DNA of 64,000 nt from Octopus vulgaris (Eukaryota). Both the position numbers and the translations under genes were made by a program. Location: assembly GCA_951406725.2 (NCBI GenBank), contig OX597820.1, forward strand, positions 118,048,001 to 118,112,000, in the 5' to 3' direction. The notes under the pieces were generated by a model. That model made no database searches and had not been told where the DNA came from. It saw only the letters and a list, made by a program, of their open reading frames with translations. Below are positions 1-12,844 of the stretch, piece after piece (position 1 is the first letter of the stretch; every line of letters begins with the position of its first letter).

Positions 1-376
1 TTAATAAAAAGTGGGTAAAAGTGGCAAAAATGGTCAGTATGAAAGACGACACTATTTTAAGCATAAATCTGTAACCAAAAGAGACAACGAGAAGTAAGGC
101 GACTTACTCATGTGTTCTTTTTCGAATTGCCTGAGGTGACCTTGGTCTTTTTTTGTAGGTTTTTCTTTCCAAGACTACACCTAAACTGTGAACCTTATAT
201 ATATATATATATTGCTTTTTTATACACCACACAACCCACAGATCCCTATTGATCGAACGTTTTTTTTTTTTTTTTTTTCTTGCCCCACCCATCCCACCTC
301 GAAAACAAAAAATTCTACATTGTATTTCGTCCATTTTTATTCTGTGTTTAGCCCTGTGTGGCTACAATAAAAAGTT
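1..376 (+). mobile_element. 3' end of a diverged L1/Tx1-type non-LTR retrotransposon (ORF2 C-terminus plus 3' UTR)
   Basis: Bases 3-74 translate NKKWVKVAKMVSMKDDTILSINL*, homologous to KKRWVNVARMARMNDEATLSIIL* of the copies at 45668-48470. The UTR shares GATCCCTATTGATCG and AGCCCTGTGTGGC..AATAAA and runs into (TCTA)n. Confidence 0.85.
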
Positions 377-437
377 ATCTATCAATAATTCTATATGTCT
401 GTCTATCTATCTATCTATCGATCGATCTATCTATATG

Positions 438-528
<91 letters not shown>
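376..528 (+). repeat. (TCTA)n microsatellite
   Basis: Direct reading of sequence. Confidence 0.95.
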
Positions 529-1627
529 GCGCTCGTGCGCATGTATGAATAGAGATAATTAACTAATGATATTTTTCCTGTATCACAAAACCGAATAATC
601 TTCGGGATGATCCTTGTGTATCAGTGATCAAATATGATTTCATTCGATATTCTGTGGCGATTCTGATTTGACTGATGGACTGCATTATAAATTAAATGGG
701 ATTGTATACACTTGATCTAAGAAACTCACAATCACTCACATTCCAGCCGTGAATCACGTTTCTCTTATTTTCCCGTCACAGTTTATCTAGCGCCACATTA
801 TCCAATGCGATATATCTTCTTACAAAGGGTTGCGCGCAATTTGAAGGCTGTATGACAGATCTTTTTAGCCAATTTGCATTTAGTGATTGTTTAACACCAA
901 GGGAACCCAGTTTGGGCCAGCCTCACACAATAAATTCAAAGTTGTACTATACACCCTGTCTCATTCAAGACAGCAGTGTGTGATTTGAGCGTGATTTGAC
1001 TTTCATTTCTAGCAGGTCAAGCGGCCATATAAACAGAACTTACCATTGATTCTAGGTGGCTAGGTTTGCATAATTTCATTAGGCACTGTGTGAATGTGTG
1101 AAGATGTGCAGCAAGATTCGAAACCGAATTAACGAATTGCCAAGCGAAAATCACGGCTTAATAACAACCTTTCACGTGACCGGCCAAATTATAGACCAAT
1201 CAGCAGCCAGACATCATGTGATAAATCATTCTAGAAGCTACTAGAACATTTCTTTAAAGGCATGTTTTTGCGCAGAGTGTTCAAGACGACTGGGTGAAAT
1301 ATGGTCTCTACTTTTGACAAAATTATTTGTTCAGAGACCAGACGATTCATTCACTTGATGCTCTTAAAAGTCCTTATCACATCTCCTACCAAACCTAATG
1401 GGCAGCAACATATGTTTTGTAGTCATGAGCCAAGCGTACATATTTTCTCTGTCTTAATCAACTATTTGTAAGAGCTGCAGAATTATTCTTTCTAGTGTGT
1501 AAGACTTTGTTGTTACAATTTCTAATTCCTAACCAATATGAAAATGATTTGGGTGGTAAAATAAAGTTACATCATTTCCAGACAGGAACTCGCAAACACC
1601 AAACGACAGAGGCTACACTGCTGTTGC

Positions 1628-2001
1628 TGGCTGCTGTTTCTGTTGAGTGAAGCGGTCTTCGTCTTCTTGGGAGAAGTCCGAAACGTGGTCCTTTGCTATT
1701 CGTAAGACCCGCAGAAGAGAAAGCAGGTCAACCCCCGACACCGAGAGCATCGACAGATGGATGAATGCGCATCCAGGCTCAGCGATTGCGTAGGAAGTCG
1801 GGGACAAGAAACAGGAAGAAAGAGTGAGAGAAAGTTGGAGCGAAAGAGTACAACAGGGGTCGCCACCAATTCCTGCCGGAGCCTCGTGGAGCTTTTAGGT
1901 GTTTTCGCTCAATAAACACACACAACGCCCGGTCTGGGAATCGAAACGGCGATCCTCCGACCGCTAGTCCGCTGCCCTAACCATTGGGCCATTGCGCCTC
2001 C
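1628..2001 (-). mobile_element. tRNA(Arg)-like-headed SINE, group B, body type 1
   Basis: Minus-strand head GGAGGCGCAATGGCCCAATGGTTAGGGCAGCGGACT..GTTTCGATTCCC with A/B boxes. Flanking direct repeat CACTGCTGTTGC at 1616-1627 and 2001-2012. Confidence 0.85.
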
Positions 2002-2639
2002 ACTGCTGTTGCCGGTGGTACAGAAGGCTTAGAACTCGTTACCTTTCGAGTAGATCTTCACTTAAATCATAGGAATCCAGTTGCATCTTAACTGACCGCC
2101 TGTGACAGCCGAACCTTCGCTCGTTTCCCTGTAGATGTTTCCTGTCCGTTCTGTAATGGTTTTGTTCGTTGTATCTATGAAGATAGGATATTGTGCCTGA
2201 GGTAGATGAGATATTAAATTAGGAATTCATAGATCATGTATTCATATCCGCTCTGCAGATGTTTTCTTCACTGTGTCTGGGAAGGGACCTCAAATCAAGC
2301 TTAATATACTTAATGCATGCACAAGTCCACCTGGTCAACAGAAATACTTGACAGAAGATCCAGAAACATTCCTAAATTTCAATTCAAATCTGAAAATGCA
2401 ACGAAAGGGAAATTATTACAATCGTTCATCCGTTAAGTAATTCCTTTAATCTGCTTGATCCACACCAAGATTACCAAGAATCACCGCTTACGAATAAACG
2501 GATGGTGGATTGTCAATGTGGACAATGTGTGCGCATGCGTGTGGTGCTGCGTGTCTGTGTCTGTTTGCGTGTGTCTGTATGCGTGCGGTTGTGTCTGAGC
2601 GTGAGTATGGTGCGTGAATGTGAGTGTATGTGTGGCGTT

Positions 2640-3036
2640 GGCGTAGGAGTAGCGGTGTGGTAAGTAGCTTGCTTACCAACCAAATGGTTCCGGGTTCAAT
2701 CCCACTGCGTAGCACCTTGGGCAAGTGTATTTTACTATAGCCCGGGGCCGACCAAACCTTTGTCAGTGGATTTGGTAGACGGAAACTGAAAGAAACCCGT
2801 CGCATATATGTATGTATATATGTGTGTGTGTGTATGTTTGCGTGTCTGTGTTTGTCCCCACAACATCGCTTAACAACCGATGCTAGTATGTTTACGTCAC
2901 GGTAACTTAGCGGTTCGGCAAAAGAGACCGATAGAATAAGAACTAGGCTTGCAAAGAATAAGTCCTGGGGTCGATTTGCTCGACTAAAGGCGGTGCTCCA
3001 GCATGACCACAGTCAAATTACTGAAACAAGTAAAAA
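2640..3036 (+). mobile_element. tRNA-derived SINE, group A (CORE-like centre)
   Basis: tRNA-like head, CACCTTGGGCAAGTG CORE-like motif, internal TA/TG tract, 3' end GAAACAAGTAAAA; many copies in the window. Confidence 0.9.
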
Positions 3037-3079
3037 TAATTATTTATCCGTCTATTGACAAAATAAGCCACGATAGGCA

Positions 3080-3081
<2 letters not shown>

Positions 3082-3121
<40 letters not shown>

Positions 3122-3261
3122 CATAGTAGAATAAGAAAAAGAGACTTCTTGGTACAGTATTATATATTTGAAAAAATGAATAGAATTGTTTTCTTTTGGA
3201 TAATTTTCATCATCCCCACACCAAAAACCATCTCTACTCATTTTTTCAAACACACACACAC

Positions 3262-3331
<70 letters not shown>

Positions 3332-3339
3332 GTATATGG

Positions 3340-3372
<33 letters not shown>

Positions 3373-3393
3373 GTATATGTATATATATGTATG

Positions 3394-3446
<53 letters not shown>

Positions 3447-3464
3447 GTATATATATATATGTAT

Positions 3465-3510
<46 letters not shown>

Positions 3511-3514
3511 GTAT

Positions 3515-3572
<58 letters not shown>

Positions 3573-3585
3573 GTATATATATATA
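3082..3585. repeat. (TA)n/(TATG)n microsatellite region
   Basis: Direct reading. Confidence 0.9.
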
Positions 3586-3924
3586 ATGTAAAAACACACA
3601 CATATACTCTTTTCCAACAAATTTAGGATTGACGGAATAGACAACCTTTTAAGTAATTGCCCGAAATCTGTAAAATTACAGAATATGACTCAGTTGACAT
3701 TTGAAATCCTCTCGGTATCTGTTGTGAAAAAAATAGGAAAGGTAGTAAATATGTATATATACACATACACAAACCTGAATTCAAACGTACATACATATAC
3801 ATATACATATATACACACATACACACATACATGTATACATACATACATCCGTACGTATATACATGAATATTTCCTAATGTAATGCAAGGGAGTGGCTCTC
3901 ATCGTTTCTGATCTTAACCGATTA

Positions 3925-4505
3925 GAAGTGTTAACATGTTCACGTTTTATCATGGCATAAAAGACGGGTTACAGCAAATATTCTGCTCAATACCCATTTC
4001 TTTACTACCCACAAGGGGCTAAACACAGAGAGGACAAACAGGGACAAACAAACGGATTAAGTCGATTATATAGACCCTAGTGCGTAACTTGTACTTTATT
4101 TATAGACCCCGAAAGGATGAAAGGCAAAGTCGACCTCGGCGGAATTTGAACTCACAACGTAACGGCAGACGAAATACGGCTACGCATTTCGCCCGGTGTG
4201 CTAACGTTTCTGCCATCTCGCCGCCTTATTCTGCTCAATACTACAGATTTGCTTGTCAGTTGTTTGACCTTAACCACTTGAGCATGTCCCTTGGTGGTTG
4301 ACGATATGTGCATCTCTGATCTCGAGTAGAAGTAGTGGGGGAGCATCATAGCTACGTGTTGAGAGGTATTCTTTGGGGGTTTGAATAATTATAATTCACT
4401 TCTAGAGACATGGCTGTTTCGTTCATCGTCCTTAAACAGCATTTATTCAGGGACCTTTTGAGCGGGATGGGCAACTCGACTCGAATAGAATCCTAACTGG
4501 GAAGT
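3925..4505. repeat. Unclassified interspersed repeat interrupted by a group C SINE
   Basis: Reverse-complement similarity of about 4350-4450 to 17528-17625; sequence is continuous across the SINE insertion. Confidence 0.55.
3994..4226 (-). mobile_element. SINE group C (Deu/Nin-domain-like) with 15-bp TSD
   Basis: Minus strand GCCTTTCATCCTTTCGGGGTC..ATAAA..AGTAC Deu/Nin-like motif. TSD TATTCTGCTCAATAC at 3979-3993 and 4227-4241. Confidence 0.9.
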
Positions 4506-4508
4506 TCA

Positions 4509-4547
<39 letters not shown>

Positions 4548-4551
4548 ATAT

Positions 4552-4630
<79 letters not shown>

Positions 4631-4774
4631 TATATTCTTGATATGCGTCACCATATCGTGAACATATGGTTGTGACGCATGCGCCTGGTATTTCCTTCAA
4701 GCGGGTAGACATGTGATGGATATACTGGGCTTCGTATATTTGTACCCCAGTGTCACTTTGATGGCATGCGCTGC

Positions 4775-4816
<42 letters not shown>

Positions 4817-5221
4817 ACACACGAACTCTGTTTTAGTTTAGTGCAGTTATGCCCTTTATGCTGACATACACACCTATTTCAAATACATATATTTCACGCA
4901 CGCATGCGCATGCGCACACACGGACACACACACATACGCAGACACACACAGACACCCACAGACACAGACCTAGACCCCGCCACACACACAAACACAGAAA
5001 CCTCTCCAACTTTAAGCGAATATTCTTCGTCGACAAGACTAAATATTTTGCCTTCCCCAGTTGGCTATAAAGACAATGTCTGGTCAGTCTTAAGCAATCG
5101 TCTGACATAGGCGAGGATTATTTCCCTGTTTTGTTTTTTTTTTGTTTTTAAACATGAACACTAAAGGGAGATTTTGACTTCCAATAACAAAGATAACTGA
5201 TGTAGCTGTGAGACCTACTGC

Positions 5222-5731
5222 GGGTGAATGTAGCAAGGATGGCACGTATGAATGGCGAAGCCACCTTGAGCATAATCCTATGAACCCAGAAATTGAAAAC
5301 AGGGGGTTACCCACTTGCAAACAAATGTGGTAACATATAACAATATTGACCAAGGTTACCGTGGTCTTTTTCGTAGGCTTTTCTTCCCACGGATAAACCT
5401 TATCTGATTCCCCCTTTACACCTTACATCATGACACTGTGATACACGATCCCTATTGATCGTTTTTTTCCCTCTCCCCCTTCTTTTCCCCTTTTTTCTTC
5501 CTTTTTTTCTTTTTCTTTTCCTTTTTTTCCTTTTTTTTCTTTTCTTTTTTTTCTTTTTCCCCCTTTTACGACCCCTTTTGATCGAAAACCTACGCCACTT
5601 TTTTTGTTTTTGTTTTTTTGTTTCCTTTGTTTTTTTGTTTTTTGTTTTTTTTTCATCCCCCAAAAGAAAAGCTCTACCTTGTAACTTGTCCCATCTGTGT
5701 GCAGCCCTGTGTGGCCAATAAAGAAACTTAT
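5222..5731 (+). mobile_element. 5'-truncated Tx1-like retrotransposon 3' end
   Basis: Near-identical to 47948-48470; followed by (TCTG/TCTA)n to about 5835. Confidence 0.9.
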
Positions 5732-5762
5732 CTGTCTATCTGTCAATCTGTCTATCTGTCTG

Positions 5763-5835
<73 letters not shown>

Positions 5836-5879
5836 ATATGCATATGTACATCTATACCTATATATATATATATATAAAG

Positions 5880-5918
<39 letters not shown>

Positions 5919-6164
5919 AAATTATAAATGAGGGTGAAAAATCGATATTAATTTAATAATACCATTAATTTAACACCAAGTGGCTTAGCACAAAAAACTA
6001 CGGAGAAGTTGTATAGAGTTGTATAGAGTCAATCTATTTTATTCGTTGTATTTCACTTTCCTTCCGTTAAATGTATGTTGATTCTAGTTGGAAACTGATC
6101 TTCTGTGGTTGCTTCGGAGCTATTTTTAGCACTAGAGCTATCCACATAGTGGATAACTCTCTAA

Positions 6165-6226
<62 letters not shown>

Positions 6227-6436
6227 CATATACACACAGAGAAGAGAGAGAAAGAGAGAGAGAGAGAGAGACAGAGGGAGAGGAAGAAAGAATGAAAGAG
6301 AGGGAGAGTGGGAGAGAGACAGGAAGAGATAGAGGGGGAGCGACAGACAGACTGAGACAGTGGAAAGGATAAGGGAGAGCGAAGGAGAAACACACACACA
6401 CACAGATACATGGATTGATAGACAAACAGACAGATA

Positions 6437-6835
6437 GGCGCAGGAGTGGCTAGCTTGCTAACCAACCACATGGTTCCGGGTTCAGTCCCACTGCGTGGCA
6501 TCTTGGGCAAGTGTCTTCTGCTATAGCCCCGGGCCGACCAATGCCTTGTGAGTGGATTTGGTAGACTGAAACTGAAAGAAGCCTGTCGTATATATGTATA
6601 TATATATATAAGTGTGTGTGTATGTGTATATGTTTGTGTTTGTCGCCCTAGCATTGCTTGACAACCGATGCTGGTGTGTTTACGTCCGCGTCAATTAGCG
6701 GTTCGGCAAAAGAGACCGATAGAATAAGTACTGGGCTTACAAAGAATAAGTCCCGGGGTCGATTTGCTCGACTAAAGGCGGTGCTCCAGCATGGCCGCAG
6801 TCAAATGACTGAAACAAGAAAAAGAGTAAAGAGTA
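6437..6835 (+). mobile_element. SINE group A
   Basis: Full-length match to other group A copies, tail (GTAAAAGA)n. Confidence 0.9.
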
Positions 6836-6836
6836 A

Positions 6837-6843
6837 TAGATAA

Positions 6844-6906
<63 letters not shown>
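6837..6906. repeat. (TAGA)n microsatellite
   Basis: Direct reading. Confidence 0.9.
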
Positions 6907-6907
<1 letters not shown>

Positions 6908-7641
6908 AAATATATATATATATATAGATAGACAGTTAGAAATGTGCGTGCATTTACAAATAAGGAGAAAAAAATTCAATGCAATAAATTTTATTCGTAT
7001 ATTTCCATTCCGTAATTGTGATCAACGAAAACGGTAAAAAATAAAGTAGAGAATGAGTGAAGCCCGGGCTTTGAAAGTATTTTAAATGCACACACACACA
7101 CACACACACACGCGCGCGCGCGCACAAACAGACACTTAAGCACACACATATGCATGTATGTGTGTTTGAGAGAGAGAGAGAGAGAGTACAAGAGTATGTG
7201 CTCCTATGTTTTAGGCAAGCAGTGATAACTTCCGGTGAGTGGAAAAAAGATGGTGCTTCTTTTATGATTAAACCTATACTAATCCATTACCCGACCAACT
7301 CCTTCTGTCAGGTGATGCAATTTTCATTGGTTATTTTTTGATATATTTATGTCTGTTTTGTGTTTTGCTCTCATCCTTCTTTTCAGTTTTAATACCTCGT
7401 CTTTTCTCTTCTTTTGTTTTTAATATTTATTTTTTAGTACTGAGAGCAATTTTCAATTATAATTAAATTGAATTAGATTAAATTGTGTTATATTAGATTA
7501 ACTACCCACCTACATGTACATATGCATATGTATGCTTGCATGCACGTCTCTATGCATGTGTATGTGTGTGTGTTTGTGTATTATCGCATGCATGTACCTG
7601 TGCGTCGTTTATTGGGTGTATATATATATATATATATATAC

Positions 7642-7675
<34 letters not shown>

Positions 7676-8299
7676 CATATGTATGTATTTATAAGCCACT
7701 TCTCTACATGTAGCCATACATACCTACCTACTTACATACATAAATACATACACAAATACACGCATACATACATACGCTCACCCACGCGGGCGCGCACACA
7801 CACACGCACACATACATATATATACTCACACACATATATGCATTAATTTAGGCATAATGTTACTGATGTTGTTGTGTATGAGATGAGGCGAAGAACAAAA
7901 TGGGGGAAAAACAAAAACAAAGAGCGAAGAGAATACAACTAAAAGTAGTAGTAGTAGTAGTAGTAGCAGAAGTAGTAGTTTTATTGGTTCTGTTAAGGGC
8001 GTTTGATGGCGGGGCAGGTGGAGTTGCAGAGAAACCGCCTTCAGTTCTTTCAATGAATCGCTTTTTTTCCCTCTGAGTTCGATTCTCGTCCATTTCCTTC
8101 TGGCGTTGAATGAAAAATTAAAATTTGTCAAATACTTTTGAGAATTTAATCAACTGTCATTAAAGCGTCGAACCGGACACGGGGGCTTCTTGCATATGTT
8201 CCGGATGTCTTCGTTCCGGTTTCAAATTCAACCTAGGTCAACTCCACTTTTCATTTTGTCTTCCCGCCATTGATAATAAAATGTCAAATTCTGAAGTTA

Positions 8300-8308
8300 C
8301 TTCTTTCA

Positions 8309-8346
<38 letters not shown>

Positions 8347-8507
8347 CTTTTCCTTCCTTCCTTCCTTCGTTTGTTTGTTTGTTTCTTTTCCTTCCTTCCT
8401 TCCTTGATTTCTTTCATCTTTCTTTCTTTTCTTCCTTCCATCCTTCCTTCCTTCCTTTCTTTTCTTTTTCCTTCCTTCCTTCTTTCTTCCTTCCTTCCTT
8501 CCTTCCG

Positions 8508-8562
<55 letters not shown>

Positions 8563-8739
8563 CTTTTCCTTCCTTCCTTCCTTCCTTCGTTTGTTTGTTT
8601 GTTTCTTTTCCTTCCTTCCTTCCTTGATTTCTTTCATCTTTCTTTCTTTTCTTCCTTCCATCCTTCCTTCCTTTTCTTTTCTTTTTCCTTCCTTCCTTCT
8701 TTCTTCCTTCCTTCCTTCTTTCTTCCTTCCTTCCTTCCG

Positions 8740-8771
<32 letters not shown>

Positions 8772-8908
8772 TCCTTCCTTCCTTCCTTCCTTCCTTTCAT
8801 CTTTCTTTCTTTCTTTTCTTCCTTCCATCCTTCCTTCCTTCTTTCTTTCTTTCTTTCTTTCTTTTCTTTCTTTCTTTTCTTTTTTCTTTTTCATTCGTTC
8901 GTTCGTTC

Positions 8909-8950
<42 letters not shown>
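8300..8950. repeat. (CTTT)n/(CCTT)n polypyrimidine tract with an internal ~220-bp duplication
   Basis: Identical interruption blocks begin at 8361 and 8581. Confidence 0.9.
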
Positions 8951-8951
<1 letters not shown>

Positions 8952-9164
8952 GTTTTGTTAATTTTTCTCTTTCTATCTCCTGGAATTAGATTAGTTGACC
9001 TGTGCGAAGACCTGTGAGAAAACTAAGCGTGTCTTCAGAAATAAAGAATGGCTGAAAAAGGTGCGAACAATATTTACTTAGAAAAAAACCCCAAATGATT
9101 TGCTAAAGGAACTATGTAAAGACGGACAAATGCCCAGCGCAGCACTGACCGGAAATAAAGGTAA

Positions 9165-9546
9165 AGAAGCGGTTGGCTGTATTAGAAACTTTTATTATTT
9201 TAGCGACATTTCGTCCGTCTTTTCGTTCTGAGTGCAAATTCCGCTGAGGTTGACTTCGCCTTCCATCCTTTAAGGTGGGGGTGGGGAAGATAAAACAAGT
9301 TCGAGATGAGCAGTGGGATTGATGTAATCGACTGACCCCCCTCCTCCAAATTGCTGGCTTTGTGCAAAAATTTGGAACCATTATTATTGCTATTAAGAAC
9401 AGTCGACGTATCTGTAGAATTGGGATAAAATGATGATGAATGTAAAGTCGACATCGATGGAATTTGAACTTAGAACGCAAAGAAAGACGAAACGCCGCTT
9501 AGCAGTTTACCCGGCGTTCAAAGGATTCTGCTCGCTTGCCGCCTTA
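9165..9546. mobile_element. Two diverged group C SINE fragments in opposite orientations
   Basis: CAAATTCCGCTGAGGTTGACTTCGCCTTCCATCC on + near 9235-9270; AAGTCGAC..GGAATTTGAACT (minus copy) near 9445-9545. Confidence 0.7.
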
Positions 9547-9671
9547 ATGATAAGAATAATCGAAAAGTGAAAAAAAAAGAAAAAAAGAAACGCATCAGAA
9601 CTGATACCAAACAATCCTATTTGTTTGCACGCTTCATGGAGAGCAGTGATATAAATGATAAGGAAAATTGA

Positions 9672-10059
9672 GTGGAGGCGCAATGGCCCAGTGGTTAGGG
9701 CAGCGGACTCGCGGTCGTAGGATCGCGGTTTCGATTCCCAGACCGGGCGTTGTGAGTGTTTATTGAGCGAAAACACCTAAAAAACTCCACGAGGCTCCGG
9801 CAGGGGATGGTGGTGATCCCTGCTGTACTCCTTTCACTACAACTTTCTCTCACTCTTACTTCCTGTTTCTGTTGTACCTGTATTTCAAAGGGCCGGCCGT
9901 GTCACTCTCTGTGTCACGCTGAATATCCCCGAGAACTGCATTAAGGGTGCACGTGTCTGTGGAGTGCTCAGCCACTTACACGTTAATTTCACGAGCAGGC
10001 TGTTCCGTTGATTCGGATCAACCGGAACCCTCGTCGTTGTAACCGACGGAGTGCTTCCA
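9672..10059 (+). mobile_element. SINE group B, body type 2, with 12-bp TSD
   Basis: tRNA(Arg)-like head; TSD AAGGAAAATTGA at 9660-9671 and 10060-10071. Confidence 0.9.
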
Positions 10060-10854
10060 AAGGAAAATTGAATATATTTTCTCCTGTATTACATACATAT
10101 CCCACACATGGCCGTACCATCACATAACCATCCAGAGCAGACATACATACACATACATACACACACATGTATACACGCACGCGCACATATATGTATTTAG
10201 GTGTATATACGCATGTATAATACATAAACAATACACACACACATATACACACAAACACATTTATACACACACATACATACATATACACATATATCGTATG
10301 ATGCACACGGGAGACTCAAGTGATTATCTGAATGAATGATTACCACATAACATACGGCACGCAATACGAGGTCATCCGACAGTTGTATTATCAGAGGCAC
10401 GAAACTTATAGTAGCTCGCATTTAAACTTTGTTTATGTTAAATGATATCTATCTCTCATTGGATGGAGTAATTTCTTTGATACCATCAATAGCGGAACTG
10501 TACACTATGCACACATGCATACATGCACACACACAGACATACATGCATGCATACATACATGCATACATGCATACATACATACTTACATATCTACATACAT
10601 ACATACGCATACACACATACATATATACATACTTGCATATATGCATACAAACATACATACACACACAGACATAATGCATGCATATACACACACAGACATA
10701 CATACATGCAAACATACATACATGCATAAATACATACATATATACATACATATATATATATATATATGTGTTTATGTGTTCATGTTTGTTGTATGAATAT
10801 TACTCTTATTTTATTTGCAATAAAATATTTCCATTACTCTTTATCATTACGTAC

Positions 10855-10856
<2 letters not shown>

Positions 10857-10935
<79 letters not shown>
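10857..10935. repeat. (CA)n microsatellite
   Basis: Direct reading. Confidence 0.95.
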
Positions 10936-10937
<2 letters not shown>

Positions 10938-11481
10938 TTATATGAAAAAAATTCTTAAAAGACTCTTCAAATAGCAATGACACAAACCTTTGGGAAGGAA
11001 CTTTTCATAGTGTGTGCAAGCGCTTTCGCTGTTTGGCAGCTTTTGAAACACATCTATTATGGGTTAATCTGCGTGGAAGAAGTTCTTGTTTTTTGTTGCA
11101 ATCTTTGATTTTTTGTTTATATCCTCTAACTCCTGTCCAAAATGCAATGAGAATTTTATCGGTCAGACGGGATCAATATTAGTTTATCAGGTGGGACTGT
11201 TTTAATCTATGTTATCGAATTTACTTGAACTATAAAAAGCAATGCAGAAGCGAATTGTTTACTTTTACACAAAGTTACTTTGAACTTAGTCGACATTTTG
11301 CCTCCTTTTTCCCCCTACTTTGTACACGTCTGCACCACACACTGCCATATCCCAACATTCGATGACATCTTGACCTCCCAGGACTGTGAATTTGGCAAGG
11401 AGATAATAAATCTGAGAAGGCAATATGGCCGTTATTTGCAATCTCCCCTTAGATTTTGTAACAGATCTTTTTTTTTTATTT

Positions 11482-11832
11482 AAGTCAATAGACTGCGGCC
11501 ATGCTGGGGCGCCGCCTTGAGGAATTTTTAGACGAATGAATCGACCCCAGTACTAATTTTTTTTAAAGGTTAGTATTATTCTATCGGTCTTTTTTTTATT
11601 GAACCGCTATTTTACGAGGACATATGCATATCAACACCGGTTGTCAAGCGATGGTGAGACGCACACACATACGCGACAGGCTTCTTTCAGTTTCCGCCTA
11701 CCAAATTCATTCACAAGACTTTGGTTGGTCAGAGGCTATAGTAGAAGACACTTGTCCAAGGCGCGAGTGGAACTGAAACCAGAGCCATGTGGTTAGGACG
11801 CAGACTTCTTACCACACAGCCACGCCTGCGCC
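11482..11832 (-). mobile_element. SINE group A, diverged
   Basis: Reverse-complement similarity to group A. Confidence 0.8.
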
Positions 11833-11849
11833 TGTATATCACATATATA

Positions 11850-12082
11850 TATTTCTTTACTACCCACAAGGAGCTAAACATAGAGGGGACAAACAAAGAC
11901 AGACAAACAGATTAAGTCGATAACATCGACCCCAGTGCGTAACTGGTACTTAATTTATCGACCCCGAAAGGATGAAAGGCAAAGTCGACCCCGGCGGAAT
12001 TTGAACCAAGAACGTAACGGCAGATGAAATACGGCTACGCATTTCGCCCAACGTGCTAACGTTTCTGCCAGCTCGCCGCCTT
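11850..12082 (-). mobile_element. SINE group C
   Basis: Match to 3994-4226; flanking repeat TATATCACATATATA at 11835-11849 and 12097-12111. Confidence 0.9.
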
Positions 12083-12276
12083 CTCATCGATTACTTTATA
12101 TCACATATATAGTATATAACAGGCCTGCTCAATGTTCGCCTTGGGTTTAACGGCACCAACAACACAATGATTCATTATGTTCCCACTGGTCATGTGTTGC
12201 AAGGAATGTTAAAATTAGAATGAAGTGACTAAATACATACTTGGTTCTTATCTTAACCATTCCTGACAAATATATC

Positions 12277-12685
12277 CTCTTTTACTCTTTTACTTGTTCC
12301 AGTCATTTGATTGCGGCCATGCTGGAGCACCGCCTTTAGTCGAGCAAATCGACCTCGGGACTTACTCTTTGTAAGCACAGTACTTAGTCTATCGGTCTCT
12401 TTTGCCGAACCGCTAAGTGACGGTGACGTAAACACACCAGCATCGGTTGTCAAGCAATGCTAGGGGGACAAACACAGACACACAAACATATACACACACA
12501 CTTATATATATATACATATATACGACAGGCTTCTTTCAGTTTCCGTCTACCAAATCCACTCACAAGGCATTGGTCGGCCCGGGGCTATAGCAGAAGACAC
12601 TTGCCCAAGATGCCACGCAGTGGGACTGAACCCGGAACCATGTGGTTGGTTAGCAAGCTACTTACCACACAGCCACTCCTGCGCC
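12277..12685 (-). mobile_element. SINE group A
   Basis: Full-length reverse complement of 6437-6835. Confidence 0.9.
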
Positions 12686-12808
12686 TATATATGTGGACTT
12701 TGGTTGCGTTTCAAGCCATACGTTGAAGGACAGAATGAGATGTCAGTGGACAAACCATTCATCCTGGATATCGACCACTTCTGCTGCTGTTGCTGCTGTT
12801 GCTGTTGT

Positions 12809-12844
<36 letters not shown>

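Noticed and set aside
8281-8989. Apparent multi-pass membrane protein ORFs
   Set aside because: Translations of CTTT/CCTT repeats
9674-9745. Functional tRNA-Arg gene
   Set aside because: The tRNA-like sequence continues into a SINE body bounded by a TSD and lacks a proper acceptor stem
12457-12726. Recurring ORF RQASFSFRLPNPLTRHWSARGYSRRHLPK as a gene family
   Set aside because: Antisense translation of SINE group A
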